Positions 38,440-50,584 of a DNA stretch of 64,000 nucleotides are shown here, in pieces. Under the pieces are notes generated by a model. It was given only the letters and a program-made list of their open reading frames with translations, searched no databases and was not told where the DNA came from. How positions within the stretch are numbered: position 1 is the first letter of the stretch; each line of letters opens with the position of its first letter. A program made the position numbers and the translations under genes. Source of the stretch: Macrostomum hystrix (lineage: Eukaryota > Animalia > Platyhelminthes); contig CATNEN010000013.1 in the NCBI GenBank assembly GCA_950097015.1, positions 806,001-870,000 of the forward strand. The letters run 5' to 3'.

Positions 38440-40125
38440 AATTCCCCACTCCCAAAATCCCAGACCTGAAGCTTCCCCAAACCCAACATCCCCTGACCTG
38501 AAACTTTCCCACTCTCAAAATCCCCAGACCTGAAACTTCCCCAAACCCAAAATCCCCACATCTGACACTTCTCCTCACCCAATATCCCCAGATCTGACAC
38601 TTCTCTTCACCCAATATCCCCAGATCTGACACTTCTCCTCACCCAAAATCCCCAGATCTGAAACTTCCCACTCCTAAAATCCCCAGATCTGACACTTCTC
38701 CTCACCCAAAATCCCCAGACCTGAAACTTCCCCTCTCTTAAAATCCCCAGAACTGAAACTTCCCCTCTCTCAAAATCCCCAGACCTGAAGCTTCCCCACA
38801 CCCAATATCCCAGATCTGACACTTCCCCACTACTAAGATCCCCAGATCTGACACTTCTCCTCACCCAAAATCCCCGGATCTGAAACTTCCCTACTCCTAA
38901 AATCCCCGGATCTGAAACTTCCCCACTCTCAAAATCCCCGGATCTGAAACTTCCCTACTCCTAAAATCCCCAGATCTGAAGCTTCCCCAAACCCAATATT
39001 CCCAGATCTGACACTTCTCCTCACCCACAATCCCCGGATCTGAAACTTCCCCACTCCTAAAATCCCCGGATCTGAAGCTTCCCTACTCATAAAATACCCG
39101 GATCTGAAACTTCCCCACTCCTAAAATCCCCAGATCTGACACTTCTCCTCACCCAAAATCCCCAGATCTGAAACTTCCCCACTCCTAAAATCCCCGGATC
39201 TGAAACTTCCCCACTCTCAAAATCCCCGGATCTGAAACTTCCCCACTCTCAAAATCCCCGGATCTGAAACTTCCCTACTCCTAAAATCCCCAGATCTGAC
39301 ATTTCTCCTCACCCAAAATCCCCAGACCTGAAGCTTCCCCAAACCCACAATCCCCGGATCTGAAGCTTCCCTACTCATAAAATACCCGGATCTGAAACTT
39401 CCCCACTCCTAAAATCCCCAGATCTGACACTTCTCCTCACCCAAAATCCCCAGATCTGAAACTTCCCCACTCCTAAAATCCCCGGATCTGAAACTTTCCC
39501 ACTCTCAAAATCCCCGGATCTGAAACTTCCTCACTCTTAAAATCCCCAGATCTGACACTTCTCCTCACCCAAAATCCCCAGATCTGAAACTTCCCCACTC
39601 CTAAAATCCCCGGATCTGAAGCTTCCCTACTCCTAAAATCCCCGGATCTGAAACTTCCCCACTCTCAAAATCCCCGGATCTGAAACTTCCTCACTCTCAA
39701 AATCCCCGGATCTGAAACTTCCCTACTCCTAAAATCCCCAGATCTGACACTTCTCCTCACCCAAAATCCCCAGACCTGAAGCTTCCCCAAACCCACAATC
39801 CCCGGATCTGAAACTTCCCCACTCCTAAAATCCCCGGATCTGAAGCTTCCCTACTCATATAATACCCGGATCTGAAACTTCCCCACTCTCAAAATCCCCG
39901 GATCTGAAACTTCCCCACTCTTAAAATCCCCAGATCTGACACTTCTCCTCACCCAAAATCCCCAGATCTGAAACTTCCCCACTCCTAAAATCCCCGGATC
40001 TGAAGCTTCCCTACTCCTAAAATCCCCGGATCTGAAACTTCCCCACTCTCAAAATCCCCGGATCTGAAACTTCCCTACTCCTAAAATCCCCAGATCTGAA
40101 ACTTCCCCCAAACCCAATATCCCTA
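38440..40125. repeat. ~32-bp minisatellite (AAAATCCCCGGATCTGAAACTTCCCCACTCTC)n
   Basis: AAAATCCCCGGA at 39187, 39219 and onward. Confidence 0.95.
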
Positions 40126-40769
40126 GAAGAGCAAATTCTCAAAACCGGAAGAAAACCGGAAGATTAACAAAAAATTCAAAAGTTTCCCTAACAATGCTTT
40201 TTTCCTTAGCGAAACTTGGCAGTGAAGATTTAGTTGAAAATCACATTAAATAAATTAAAGTGTAAGCTGCGAAAAAAATTCCAATTAAAACAAAACTAAT
40301 TGCCCACCCGTGGGTGGTAAATTAATTTCACACACGTCGCCATACGGATCCGAGTATGTCGCAAATGTATCTAATCCTCATGCCTCAGTGCTGTTAACAA
40401 GCTCCTGTTACAGCCACTCTGATTAGGCCAAAGAAGAAGTTTAATGAAACAAAATGATAGCGCTTAACTCCCTCACCTTCCTCCTTGGTTCGTCAGTCGT
40501 TCCAGATTTCAGACAATTGGATTTACCGGAGAGTAAATACTTACATCTTTTCTATTTTCTAATACGTAGGCTAGAAATATAATGAGATGGATGGTGTCCT
40601 GACTCAATGCAGTTATTGTGTAGCAGGTCCGTCACCAAGTGTTACCTATTTCAGGACATCAATACAATGCTGAGAGACTGCTGGGTCACTGAGAAATTCT
40701 TCCTGGAAATCTCAGTGTGGTAAATATCTAAGATTGTATTTCACCCCAACGATAATCTACTCCGTCAAT

Positions 40770-41660
40770 ATCAGTGATCCGCCCCTCGATTCCGCCCTCT
40801 CAATCTCAGAGATCAGCTCCTCATTTCCGCCCTCTCAGTCTCAGTGATCCGCTCCTCATTTCCACCCTATCAATCTCAGTGATACGCTCCTCATTTCCTC
40901 CCTCTCAGTCTCAGTGATCCGCTCCTCATTTCCACCCTATCAATCTCAGTGATCCGCCCCTTATTTCCGCCCTCTCAGTCTCAAAGATCCGCTCCTCATT
41001 TCCGCCCTCTCAGTCTCAAAGATCCGCTCCTCATTTCCTCCCTCTCAGTCTCAAAGATCCGCTCCTCATTTCCGCCCTCTCAGTCTCAAAGATCCGCTCC
41101 TCATTTCCTCCCTCTCAGTCTTAAAGATCCGCTCCTCATTTCCGCCCTCTCAGTCTCAAAGATCCGCTCCTCATTTCCTCCCTCTCAGTCTTAAAGATCC
41201 GCTCCTCATTTCCGCCCTCTCAGTCTCAAAGATCCGCTCCTCATTTCCTCCCTCTCAGTCTCAAAGATCCGCTCCTCATTTCCGCCCTCTCAGTCTCAAA
41301 GATCCGCTCCTCATTTCCTCCCTCTCAGTCTCAAAGATCCGCTCCTCATTTCCGCCCTCTCAGTCTCAAAGATCCGCTCCTCATTTCCTCCCTCTCAGTC
41401 TTAAAGATCCGCTCCTCATTTCCTCCCTCTCAGTCTCAAAGATCCGCTCCTCATTTCCTCCCTCTCAGTCTCAAAGATCCGCTCCTCATTTCCTCCCTCT
41501 CAGTCTCAAAGATCCGCTCCTCATTTCCTCCCTCTCAGTCTTAAAGATCCGCTCCTCATTTCCGCCCTCTCAGTCTCAAAGATCCGCTCCTCATTTCCTC
41601 CCTCTCAGTCTCAAAGATCCGCTCCTCCTTTCCGCCCTCCCTGTCTCAGAGATCTGCTCA
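40770..41660. repeat. 35-bp minisatellite (TCTCAAAGATCCGCTCCTCATTTCCGCCCTCTCAG)n
   Basis: TCAAAG at 40981, 41016 and onward. Confidence 0.95.
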
Positions 41661-42483
41661 TTTCCGTCTTCTTTATCTTAAGGGGGCTTTTTCGTCCTGT
41701 CAGGTTCAACTGTTGAAGCACATGAGTATTTCAGTGTTTTACTTAAAATGAGTACTCAACCTTTCAGAGCACATCAAATCAACTGTGAGCTATTTTTATA
41801 TTTCCGATTTTTCAAGCTTTTTATTGATAAAAAGGGCATGCGCCTTCGCAAATAAAGGACTCACGAATAATTAGCGGAAAGCAGAAGAAAAGCAACTTCC
41901 GTACTAAGAAATGTAACTTTGCCGCCAAAACTTCTAAGACAATGGTCAAATGGCCTTTAAGACAATGGATGATTAATTGACTAGTGCAGTGATTCGCAAG
42001 CAACAGTGCAAATATAAAACTATCATAAAACGCTTTCAATTCGTATCGCATATTTTTTACAAGTACAGTTTTGAGGAGAATAAATGATTTGTTTGACCGT
42101 GAAAAATCTTTACACTTGCTCAGTTACTCGTAGTTAAAACAAAAAAAAACAATGAATTGCAGAGCTCGCACGAGTAAGACTTGTAAACGAGATGCCGTTA
42201 ATAGACAAATTGACAGAAGTAAGAAAACTGTTTTTAACGAGATTCCACGATCAATTCTTTCTACGAGCGTACATGGCTTAAAGAAACGTGTACAGAATAA
42301 CACACTAATTTGGAATCTGCGGTGATAAGAATTTGACCAATTCAAGTGGCAACTGAGACTGTTCTGTTCTGTGCACAGGAGGTAAAGTTGCTTTCGCGTT
42401 TGTTATAATTTTAGTTGTGAAAAAACTGATTATTATGATTCCAAAACTCAACGGATTAGAGATGAAACTTCGATAAACAGCTG

Positions 42484-43458
42484 TCATCTTCTGAGTGAAA
42501 CAGCAATTGTGCTCAGCAGCAGCATCAGCAGTAGCAGCGGCAGCTTTGGAGACGCGGCAGCAGAGTTCGTAGCTTTATCATCGGACATCAGCATTTTGAA
42601 TCCGGCGTCGGAGGCTGAAGCTCCCGATGCCTGCGGTGAGCGGGAGCCGGCGGCGGCGGCGGCTGCGGCTGCGGCTCGCTCGCGACACGGCAGGCTGGGC
42701 TCGACAGCGTCAACCAGATATGGTCGACAGTCGGGTCCCAGACGCTGCTGGCAGCCGGGAGCGGCCAGTTTGGTAGCCGGAGGCGAGCAGGCGACTTCGC
42801 CGGTGTCGGCGTTGCTCCGGGAGCAGGTTAAGCAGGCGCTGCTGGCGAGTGGGGTCTCGGAGGCGAGGGTCCACAGGCCGGCCGAGCTGCCCAGCAAGAC
42901 CCAGGCACAGCTGCTGACGTTGCCGGGCACCAGGTCGAGCTGGATCCAGGTGGCGTTGACTCGCCTGCCGCCCAGGATGCTGGCGAGCTGACGAGGTCCC
43001 TCCGGACAAACCGGCTCGCCGTCCTCGTACGGGCAGGGCCGCTCGGCGGCCAGGTAGGCGGTCAGGTGGAAGCGACAGTCCACGCCGAGCTGGTGCTGAC
43101 ACTTGCCGACAAGGCGCGGATCTAGTTCGGGCGCCGATGGTACGCTGGCCGTCCAGGAGCCGCCGCTGGGTCCGCCGGTGACGCGGACTCGCCGACATCC
43201 GCCAGAGCCGTCAGCGGCTTCGTCGCGCTCGTCGACATAGTCGGTAAAGTCACCACCGTCCAGAATCCAACGGCAGCCGTGCATGGCGGTGGCTGCCAGG
43301 CGGAGGCGCTGCTCGACGCGCCGACCGCCGAGGGTCTCTGCCATCAGGCGCGTCTCGTTGCCGACACCGCACCGGAACGTCGGCGCCACGGCGACTGCGG
43401 CGGCGGCGGCTGTCGTGGAGGCGACAACGAGGAGACAAGATATTATCAAAGAAGACAT
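42484..43458 (-). CDS. Intronless secreted, probably GPI-anchored protein with two internal Cys-rich repeats (324 aa), function unknown
   Basis: Single GC-rich ORF; first ATG at 43458 (MSSLIISCLLVVAS.. signal-peptide-like); two ~115-aa repeats sharing LGGRRV, CxWxL, CQxxLGxDCR, PC; small-residue stretch followed by a hydrophobic C-terminus LPLLLLMLLLSTIAVSLRR; TATA and CCAAT boxes upstream. Confidence 0.85.
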   Translation of the reverse strand: MSSLIISCLLVVASTTAAAAAVAVAPTFRCGVGNETRLMAETLGGRRVEQRLRLAATAMHGCRWILDGGDFTDYVDERDEAADGSGGCRRVRVTGGPSGGSWTASVPSAPELDPRLVGKCQHQLGVDCRFHLTAYLAAERPCPYEDGEPVCPEGPRQLASILGGRRVNATWIQLDLVPGNVSSCAWVLLGSSAGLWTLASETPLASSACLTCSRSNADTGEVACSPPATKLAAPGCQQRLGPDCRPYLVDAVEPSLPCRERAAAAAAAAAGSRSPQASGASASDAGFKMLMSDDKATNSAAASPKLPLLLLMLLLSTIAVSLRR

Positions 43459-43532
43459 GATTGCTGGTATCCTGGGTGAAGCTGCACACGCCAAATCGGA
43501 AATCGAGCGTCGCGCCAGCTGCCCGGCTTGGC

Positions 43533-43617
43533 TTTATAACTCTGCCCCCCAGCCCCAGCTATCGGGCTGACTGGTGATGAGGAGGCGGGTGAGGACTTGG
43601 CGGGCGATTCCTATTGG
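43533..43617 (-). promoter_or_regulatory. Core promoter of the secreted-protein gene (TATAAA and CCAAT)
   Basis: Minus-strand TATAAA at 43538-43533 (~75 nt upstream of the ATG), CCAAT at 43617-43613, GC-rich boxes between. Confidence 0.55.
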
Positions 43618-44569
43618 CTGGGAGGTCTGCCTGGGCTTGAAGGTCCTGAAGCCAGCCCAGACTGTTGTCAATTTAAGGTGTGGCTGACGTGGGTAAGGGG
43701 GATTGTTGATTTTTTGTGTCGCTCTCCGCAGCCTAATTTCAGTTTTTTTTCTCTGTCCCACAAAGTAGGTTGGCTGGGCAGTGTGTTTACTATTTAATTT
43801 TGCAGCTTTCAATGTTGATTCGCATGCAATTGAATGAGGGCTTGTGTGTGTGTGAGAACAAAAATGTGTCGCGTTGTGTCAGACTGGCAGGCCCAACAAC
43901 TTAAAAGGGTGAAATTTGCCCCCAAAAATATTCCCAAGCATTGTGAGTTTTGAGAGCCGGGCGCGAGGATGTTGCAAGTTACGTAAGGGGCGTCTTAGAG
44001 AGACGGTGAGAGGGTGAGCAGGGAGGGAGAGAATAGCGAAGGATTTTGTGAAGAACTGTGAGAACAGAGCGCGTCTATTGCATTGGGGGGGGAGGCGGGG
44101 TCCTTCCGTCTTCCGTCCTTGTCTCGGGGCCCCCTCGGAGGTCGGGGTCGCGGCGGGCGGATTCGTCGCACGTGACTTCCACCCCGGTGGGAGCTCCTGT
44201 GAAGACGCTCGGAGGTGGGTCAGTTCGCCCCAGACAGCCGGTTGAGTCGGGATGTAATGCTCAGAAAGTGGGATGGAGGCTGAGTTAATCGCCACTCAGC
44301 TCTCTCTGCAAGGAGTTCGAGGGTCAGGCCGTCTGAATGGCCAACGAATGGGGCTCCGGGCTCTTGGGATCTGGGGTCGGTGGGATTTAGACTGAAGAGA
44401 TCCCTCATTTAGCGAACAGAGGACTGCTTGCATTAATAAGTAACAATCTGGTGGCAGTTCGTGTGAAACTCATTCTCGAAGACCATGGCTTGAAAATCAA
44501 CGTATGGATCGATTTGCCTTATTTAGAAGATTTTATTTTTCTAGTGGGTAGCAGGCTCTTTGAGCCACT

Positions 44570-45085
44570 GAGGATTGGGGGACTGGGGATTGAGGATTGA
44601 GGAATCGGAGGATTTGGGGATTGGAGGATTGGAGGATTGGAGGATTGGAGCATTGGAGGATTGGGGGATTGGGGGGATTGGAGGATTGGAGGATTGGAGC
44701 ATTGGAGCATTGGAGGATTGGGGGATTGGGGGGATTGGGGGATTGGAGGATTGGAGCATTGGAGGATTGGGGGATTGGGGGATTGGATGATTGGAGGATT
44801 GGAGAATTGGAGGATTGGAGGATTGAGGGGATTGGAGGATTGGAGGATTGGAGGATCGGAGAATTGGAGGATTGGAGGATTGAGGGGATTTGAGGATTGG
44901 AGGATTGGAGGATTGGAGGATTGGAGGATTGGAGGATTGGAGGATCAGGGGATTGAGGATGGGGGTGTTTGGAGGATTGGAGGATTGGAGGATTGGAGGA
45001 TTGGAGGATTGAGGGGATTGGGGGATTGGGGGATTGGGGGATTGAGCATTCGGGGATTTAGAATTAGGGATTGAAGATTGGGGTA
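44570..45085. repeat. 8-bp (GGAGGATT)n repeat
   Basis: Direct periodicity. Confidence 0.9.
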
Positions 45086-46241
45086 TTGGATTCAAAACTA
45101 GATTTCGGTTTTAAAATTGTTTTAAATTTTCCTTGACTATTTATATTCAGCACAAGAATCGTGATGATATGAAAATTGAAGCTTTCAGAAAAACTTCCAA
45201 CTGAGTCATAAAAATTCAATATGAACAACTCAAAGCCCAACTCAGCTCATAGCATTCAGTTTATAATAAAAACATTCAAAACCAGCCCGTAGCATGGATT
45301 ACCTAGAATTATATAATCTGTCGCATAGCAACTAGCACCTATTAAGCATATATATAACATTTTGTCACCTGTCACAAATGTCACAACCTGTCAAACGATC
45401 AATTTCATAACAATTCTTAAAAGTTTTCAAGAGCAGAACAATAAAACTATTTCCGCTACGTTTCATATTTGAAACCGCATTCGAGAGGTTAAACCGGCTG
45501 CAACAAATGAGTGGCCAGTGAGAACAGGTTCAATTGACTCTGGGGTCTAATAAAATAACAGAAAATTGGCCAAAGTCACACAACCAACAGTTAAACTATA
45601 TAGTCCCTGCATCCGCCACTTCACTCCTTTGAACTATGACACTCTCCAATATATGAAAACTTTGTGAGTATTTCTGAGCATGCTTTCTGAGCAGGAAGTG
45701 GCTCATTTAATGGCGCAAAAGTTTTGATCCCACTGTGCAAGATGAAATATTGGGTTGGCAATGGCCTTGAGATCATTCCGCTTCCTTCCTTCTTTCATCT
45801 TCTCAATCTTCCATTCATGCCGTGTCATATGGCCACAAAAGACAAAATCCTACTCTATCTTAGCTAGCTTTTCATTTTTCCCCATTCTCAACCTTCCAAT
45901 AGAAAGATCCTTCCAATGATTGATAACTGGGATAGCCGGGAAATATCTTGGCCATATGTTGTTCTGTTGTGATTTCTGGTGATTATCAAAAGTAGATAAT
46001 TCATTTATGAAATAAAATAGAAAAATCGTTTGTCACTTCATCATAGAATTTTAAGGTCATAATTCACAGTACTAACGTGAGGAGTCAGGGAGGTCGCGAG
46101 CTCTAATCTCGGAGGGCACGGCGGGCCTAGGAATAGATATTTCAGGGCATCCGAATGTCTTTGCAGATGTCTACAATGACTGTAATTACTATCCTTATAT
46201 TTAAAGCGAGGAGTTAGTCAGGACTCGAACTTGGGACCTCA

Positions 46242-46416
46242 TAATAGTAATAATAATAATTGCAGGAAGGCTGTGGGCAGTGCCACACTCACAAAGGTGT
46301 CTCTGGCATCTCTCCGCGGCTGCGCCCCAAATAAATGTGGCCTCGCCGTGGAATCGAACTTGAGGACCTTGGTGCCAGAGGCAAACACGTTAACCGCTCT
46401 GCCACCGACCCCCTCC
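46242..46416 (-). mobile_element. tRNA-derived SINE (family 1), internally deleted, with 14-bp TSD
   Basis: A box GGTGGCAGAGCGG, B box GTTCGATTCC, (ATT)n tail; direct repeat AACTTGGGACCTCA at 46228-46241 and 46417-46430. Confidence 0.8.
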
Positions 46417-47387
46417 AACTTGGGACCTCAGGATCCTAAATATAGTTTAGATTTTTTTCTAAGGGCCATGAAAAAATGCATTCTCAGGTCATGAACTCTC
46501 CTGTACTCAAAGATTAAAAGTCAACGAGTCTTGGCGTGACACACTGAAAGGGATATCACAAAGAGATGAAAAGATCCCAATTTTTTTGTCATCGTCGACA
46601 CTGTAAAAAGTGAATCGACTGTATGAAGTAGAAGGGATATTATTTCTTGAGGAAAAATTCCTTATTCTTAAGATCCCAAAGTCCCACTAAGGAATAGGAG
46701 AAGAAGTCAAGGTATGCCTGCCGGAGGGAAATGAACTAATCTACATGGAAATGCGATTCTTACGTAACCACCGGACTGGGGTGGGCGGGACCAGCGGGCC
46801 GTGCAACTATTAGGGGAATAAATAGGCAATTGCTTGCCTCACCTGTCTCAGAATCCCAACGAAAAAAATCCCAATTGCTCAATTTTGCAGTACCCAGTGC
46901 CGTATTTGAAGCTTAGGCGCACTGATGAGGAAGTAAATTTGGTCGAGTTCCCACTCCCAAATGCACGATTCTATTGCATTACAGATTTCTAGCCGGCCCC
47001 ACCAACTCAATCAGTTCAGAGTCTCATCCTGGCTGGTGACAAGCCCAGTGTTGTTCTAGAATAACTGCTCAATCTGATCAGTGCTGACGGCTCTAAAAGA
47101 TTATTCATAACTTGCCTTGGTCTGAAATCGTCAAAGACAAAGTAGGCGATTCTCTGTAATCTCACTGATTAGTGAAACTGTCCGGACATTTTGGGGCCAG
47201 TGATCATGAAATTGCGATATGATGCAATCGTTATGGCGCCTTGATTCATGCTTTATGGAAATTTTGAGAACAAGATACAGCTATGTATGATGCTTCAGTA
47301 ATGAGATGCCGGTTTCTGAATTTTGGGCAAAAAGTTATAAAAATATTATCCCAACTTCAAAAGTCTACAAAAAATTCTGTTAAGAAT

Positions 47388-48232
47388 GGGATGGGATGTT
47401 TAATTAAGGATGGGATGTTTAATTAAGGATGGGATGTTTAATTAAGGATGGGATGTTTAGTTAAGGATGGGATGTTTAGTTAAGGATGGGATGTTTAATT
47501 AAGGATGGGATGTTTAATTAAGGATGGGATGTTTAATTAAGGATGGGATGTTTAATTAAGGATGGGATGTTTAATTAAGGATGGGATGTTTAATTAAGGA
47601 TGGGATGTTTAATTAAGGATGGGATGTTTAGTTAAGGATGGGATGTTTAGTTAAGGATGGGATGTTTAGTTAAGGATGGGATGTTTAGTTAAGGATGGGA
47701 TGTTTAACTAAGGATGGGATGTTTAGTTAAGGATGGGATATTTAATTAAGGATGGGATGTTTAATTAAGGATGGGATATTTAATGAAGGATGGGATGTTT
47801 AATTAAGGATGGGATGTTTAATTAAGGATGGGATGTTTAGTTAAGGATGGGATGTTTAATGAAGGATGGGATGTTTAATGAAGGATGGGATGTTTAATTA
47901 AGGATGGGATATTTAGTTAAGGATGGGATGTTTAACTAAGGATGGGATGTTTAGTTAAGGATGGGATATTTAATTAAGGATGGGATGTTTAACTAAGGAT
48001 GGGATGTTTAGTTAAGGATGGGATATTTAATTAAGGATGGGATGTTTAGTTAAGGATGGGATATTTAATTAAGGATGGGATGTTTAATTAAGGATGGGAT
48101 ATTTAATGAAGGATGGGATGTTTAATGAAGGATGGGATGTTTAATGAAGGATGGGATGTTTAATGAAGGATGGGATGTTTAATGAAGGATGGGATGTTTA
48201 ATGAAGGATGGGATGTTTAATTAAGGATGGGA
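47388..48232. repeat. 19-bp minisatellite (AATTAAGGATGGGATGTTT)n
   Basis: Direct periodicity. Confidence 0.95.
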
Positions 48233-48358
48233 AATTGCATATTTTTTAGATCTATAGTTATAAGAAGGGCATGCACTGATATTCGAGGAGATGTGTAATT
48301 TTGGGATGGGATGTGGAACGAGCAATGGAATGTGTAGCTTGGGAGTATGGGATGTGGA

Positions 48359-48672
48359 AGTGGGCGAGTGGCAGAACGTTTAACGCGTTTGCCTCTCGCA
48401 CCAAGGTCCCTGAGCTCGCTTGTGGGCTTGTCATACAATTTTCGCCCTTGAGGGCCAACCTCCAAGGCAAATTGTACACTGCCTGACGATGAGAAAGTCG
48501 GGGCAGATGTACTCACCTGTGCCTGCGTATGCCTGCGTACGGTATCTGTGTGCGTGTGTGCTCAGGAGTCAGCGAAATGGGCAGAATTGCCTCCTCACTG
48601 GCTGCAGGTCTAGTGTCACCAAAATGTTGTGCCACTGCCCGCAGCCCTCCTGCAAATGATGATTATTATTAT
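48359..48672 (+). mobile_element. tRNA-derived SINE (family 1) with 13-bp TSD
   Basis: Head AGTGGCAGAACG..GCACCAAGGTCCCTGAGCTCG homologous to the 46242-46416 copy; (ATT)n tail; TATGGGATGTGGA at 48346-48358 and 48673-48685. Confidence 0.8.
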
Positions 48673-50584
48673 TATGGGATGTGGATCTCGCGATGGAATT
48701 TCAAGCTCGTAATATGGTGCGGAGCTGTGGCATATTCTAATGATCGATCAAAGCCATATTTGAAGCCCTTATCCATATTTCATATCTAAACGGCCTCAAA
48801 CTCAACTCCCAACTAGCAGATCAGTGAAAGTTAGCCTATAGATACGAGTATAGTGACTAGCCGGGCATGGAAGCACCTGTCTTAAGCTCTTCCACCCCAA
48901 CAGCGGCCCCACTAAAAGAGAATAGCCGGCCAAGTCAGTTGGTCCCTGTTGTATTGGCATTACGTAACTCAAAGAAGACTGCTTTGCCAAATCGACTGGA
49001 GCGAAGGGCTTGGGAGAAAGCGAAACAGCGCCTCCTTGCTTGGCCCCTTTATCCTTTAAGAAGCCCCTACCTCCCAACCTCGTGGTTTTTCAAACACTAA
49101 AATATCCCAACAATTTAATAAAGAAAGTGAAGCAGGAAGACAATAGAGTGAAAAAGCAAAAGGCAGGAAGGGGTAGAAGAGAGAGAGAGACTTAAGCGTT
49201 AAACTTGTAGTTGGAGAGAAGGTTATAGTGAGTGAAATATCTGGCAATTTATGAATGCCGACTGTGGAAGTTCAGGCCTACTGAGCCATGGCAGCATGTG
49301 CTACCAAGTGGACTAGCCACGCCTCTAGAAGCAGTTTTTTTCTGCTTCCCCTAATCCCAACAGGCCGGGCGTAACGGGGAAGATTTTTTTCTTGAGCCTA
49401 TTTATTCAACACCGAATTTTTTGTTAATTGTCAAACTGCTCTGCAACTAATTTTAACGAGATTGTATGTCAATCATGGCAAAAATGATTGATTTGACATT
49501 TAACACTGCGTTGGGTTTAATTTTTCTGAGTGTGAAAATTGCGATACACGCCTAGTTTTGTTGATGCTAATGTAATGTATCAAACTTGACAGGCCTTTAA
49601 AGTAATATAAAATTCATCTGATTTTCCTACCTGTGTCTCACCAGCTGTGGGTTATCCAAGTAAGTGTCGTGGGAATTTTCAATCTGGTTTGAACAAAACA
49701 CACGTCGAGCCGCAGGGGTATTGACAACTGAAAAACTCATGCTTCGAAAATGCCGAAATGTGATAAAAGTTGGTCAGTTCCCGCTTGGTTGAGATAAACT
49801 GTGAACTATCGCCTTTGACGGCGAGACAAGTGGGCTAGGGGGGGGGATAGTCTGATCGATCCCATAGTTGAACGGATATCCCAATGTTCGCCTGAAGCAA
49901 TAAATTATCCTAGAAAGGATTTCATGGCTTAGTTCACAAATAAGGCAATGAGCAGCTACAGTGCCTAGGCTACTTACGCAATGAGTAAATAGACACAGCA
50001 ATGCACCCTAACCTAGCTCATTCTGACCACTAATTTGCTGAGTCCACAGCCGCTTCATCTGCTTGGACAGAACTGTCAGCCAGATAGTAAGTCAATGTAG
50101 CTATTTTTAAGTAAATCGAGTGCATGGATATTTAGGACAGACATGGGGATAATTTAGGTACTCACCTGATAGGCCTGACAAAATCATGGGATCTAGCTAG
50201 ATATTTAGGAAATAAAGTTATGCAATCAATCTACCTGAGGGAGGGTGAGATCAATCCCCAAAATCCTATTCAGCTTCAATGGTGGAGAGGTTGGAGTGAC
50301 CAATATAGAATGCTCCTTCATCAAATTAGGGACGAAAATGGGAATGGTCCAGGGAACTGTAAGGATATATAGAACCAAGAGGCACTGAAGCTGTTAGACT
50401 ATTTCCTTTGTTTCAATGACACACAAGTGCCAGCGTGAGTGTGTTGACAGGTTCGAATGCAGGCTGGGGATATTGGGAGAGACAGTTTGAGAATGAAGTG
50501 TCAGTGTGACTCAGTCTTTGAGGCTTGTAAGCAGCAATTCGAGCGTATGCAATCTCATTAGCGACCCCTAGGCTGCCAACATTG

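Noticed and set aside
43879-44295. WW domain (LPPGWKSR in a 138-aa ORF)
   Set aside because: Only the first motif is present; the central aromatic pair and second Trp are absent.
46340-46416. tRNA gene
   Set aside because: A/B boxes are present but they are followed by a SINE body, (ATT)n tail and TSD; no complete cloverleaf is evident.
45640-47300. Degraded transposase or helicase fragments (e.g. RIAYFVFDD on the minus strand)
   Set aside because: Frames are short with multiple stops and no diagnostic motif could be confirmed.
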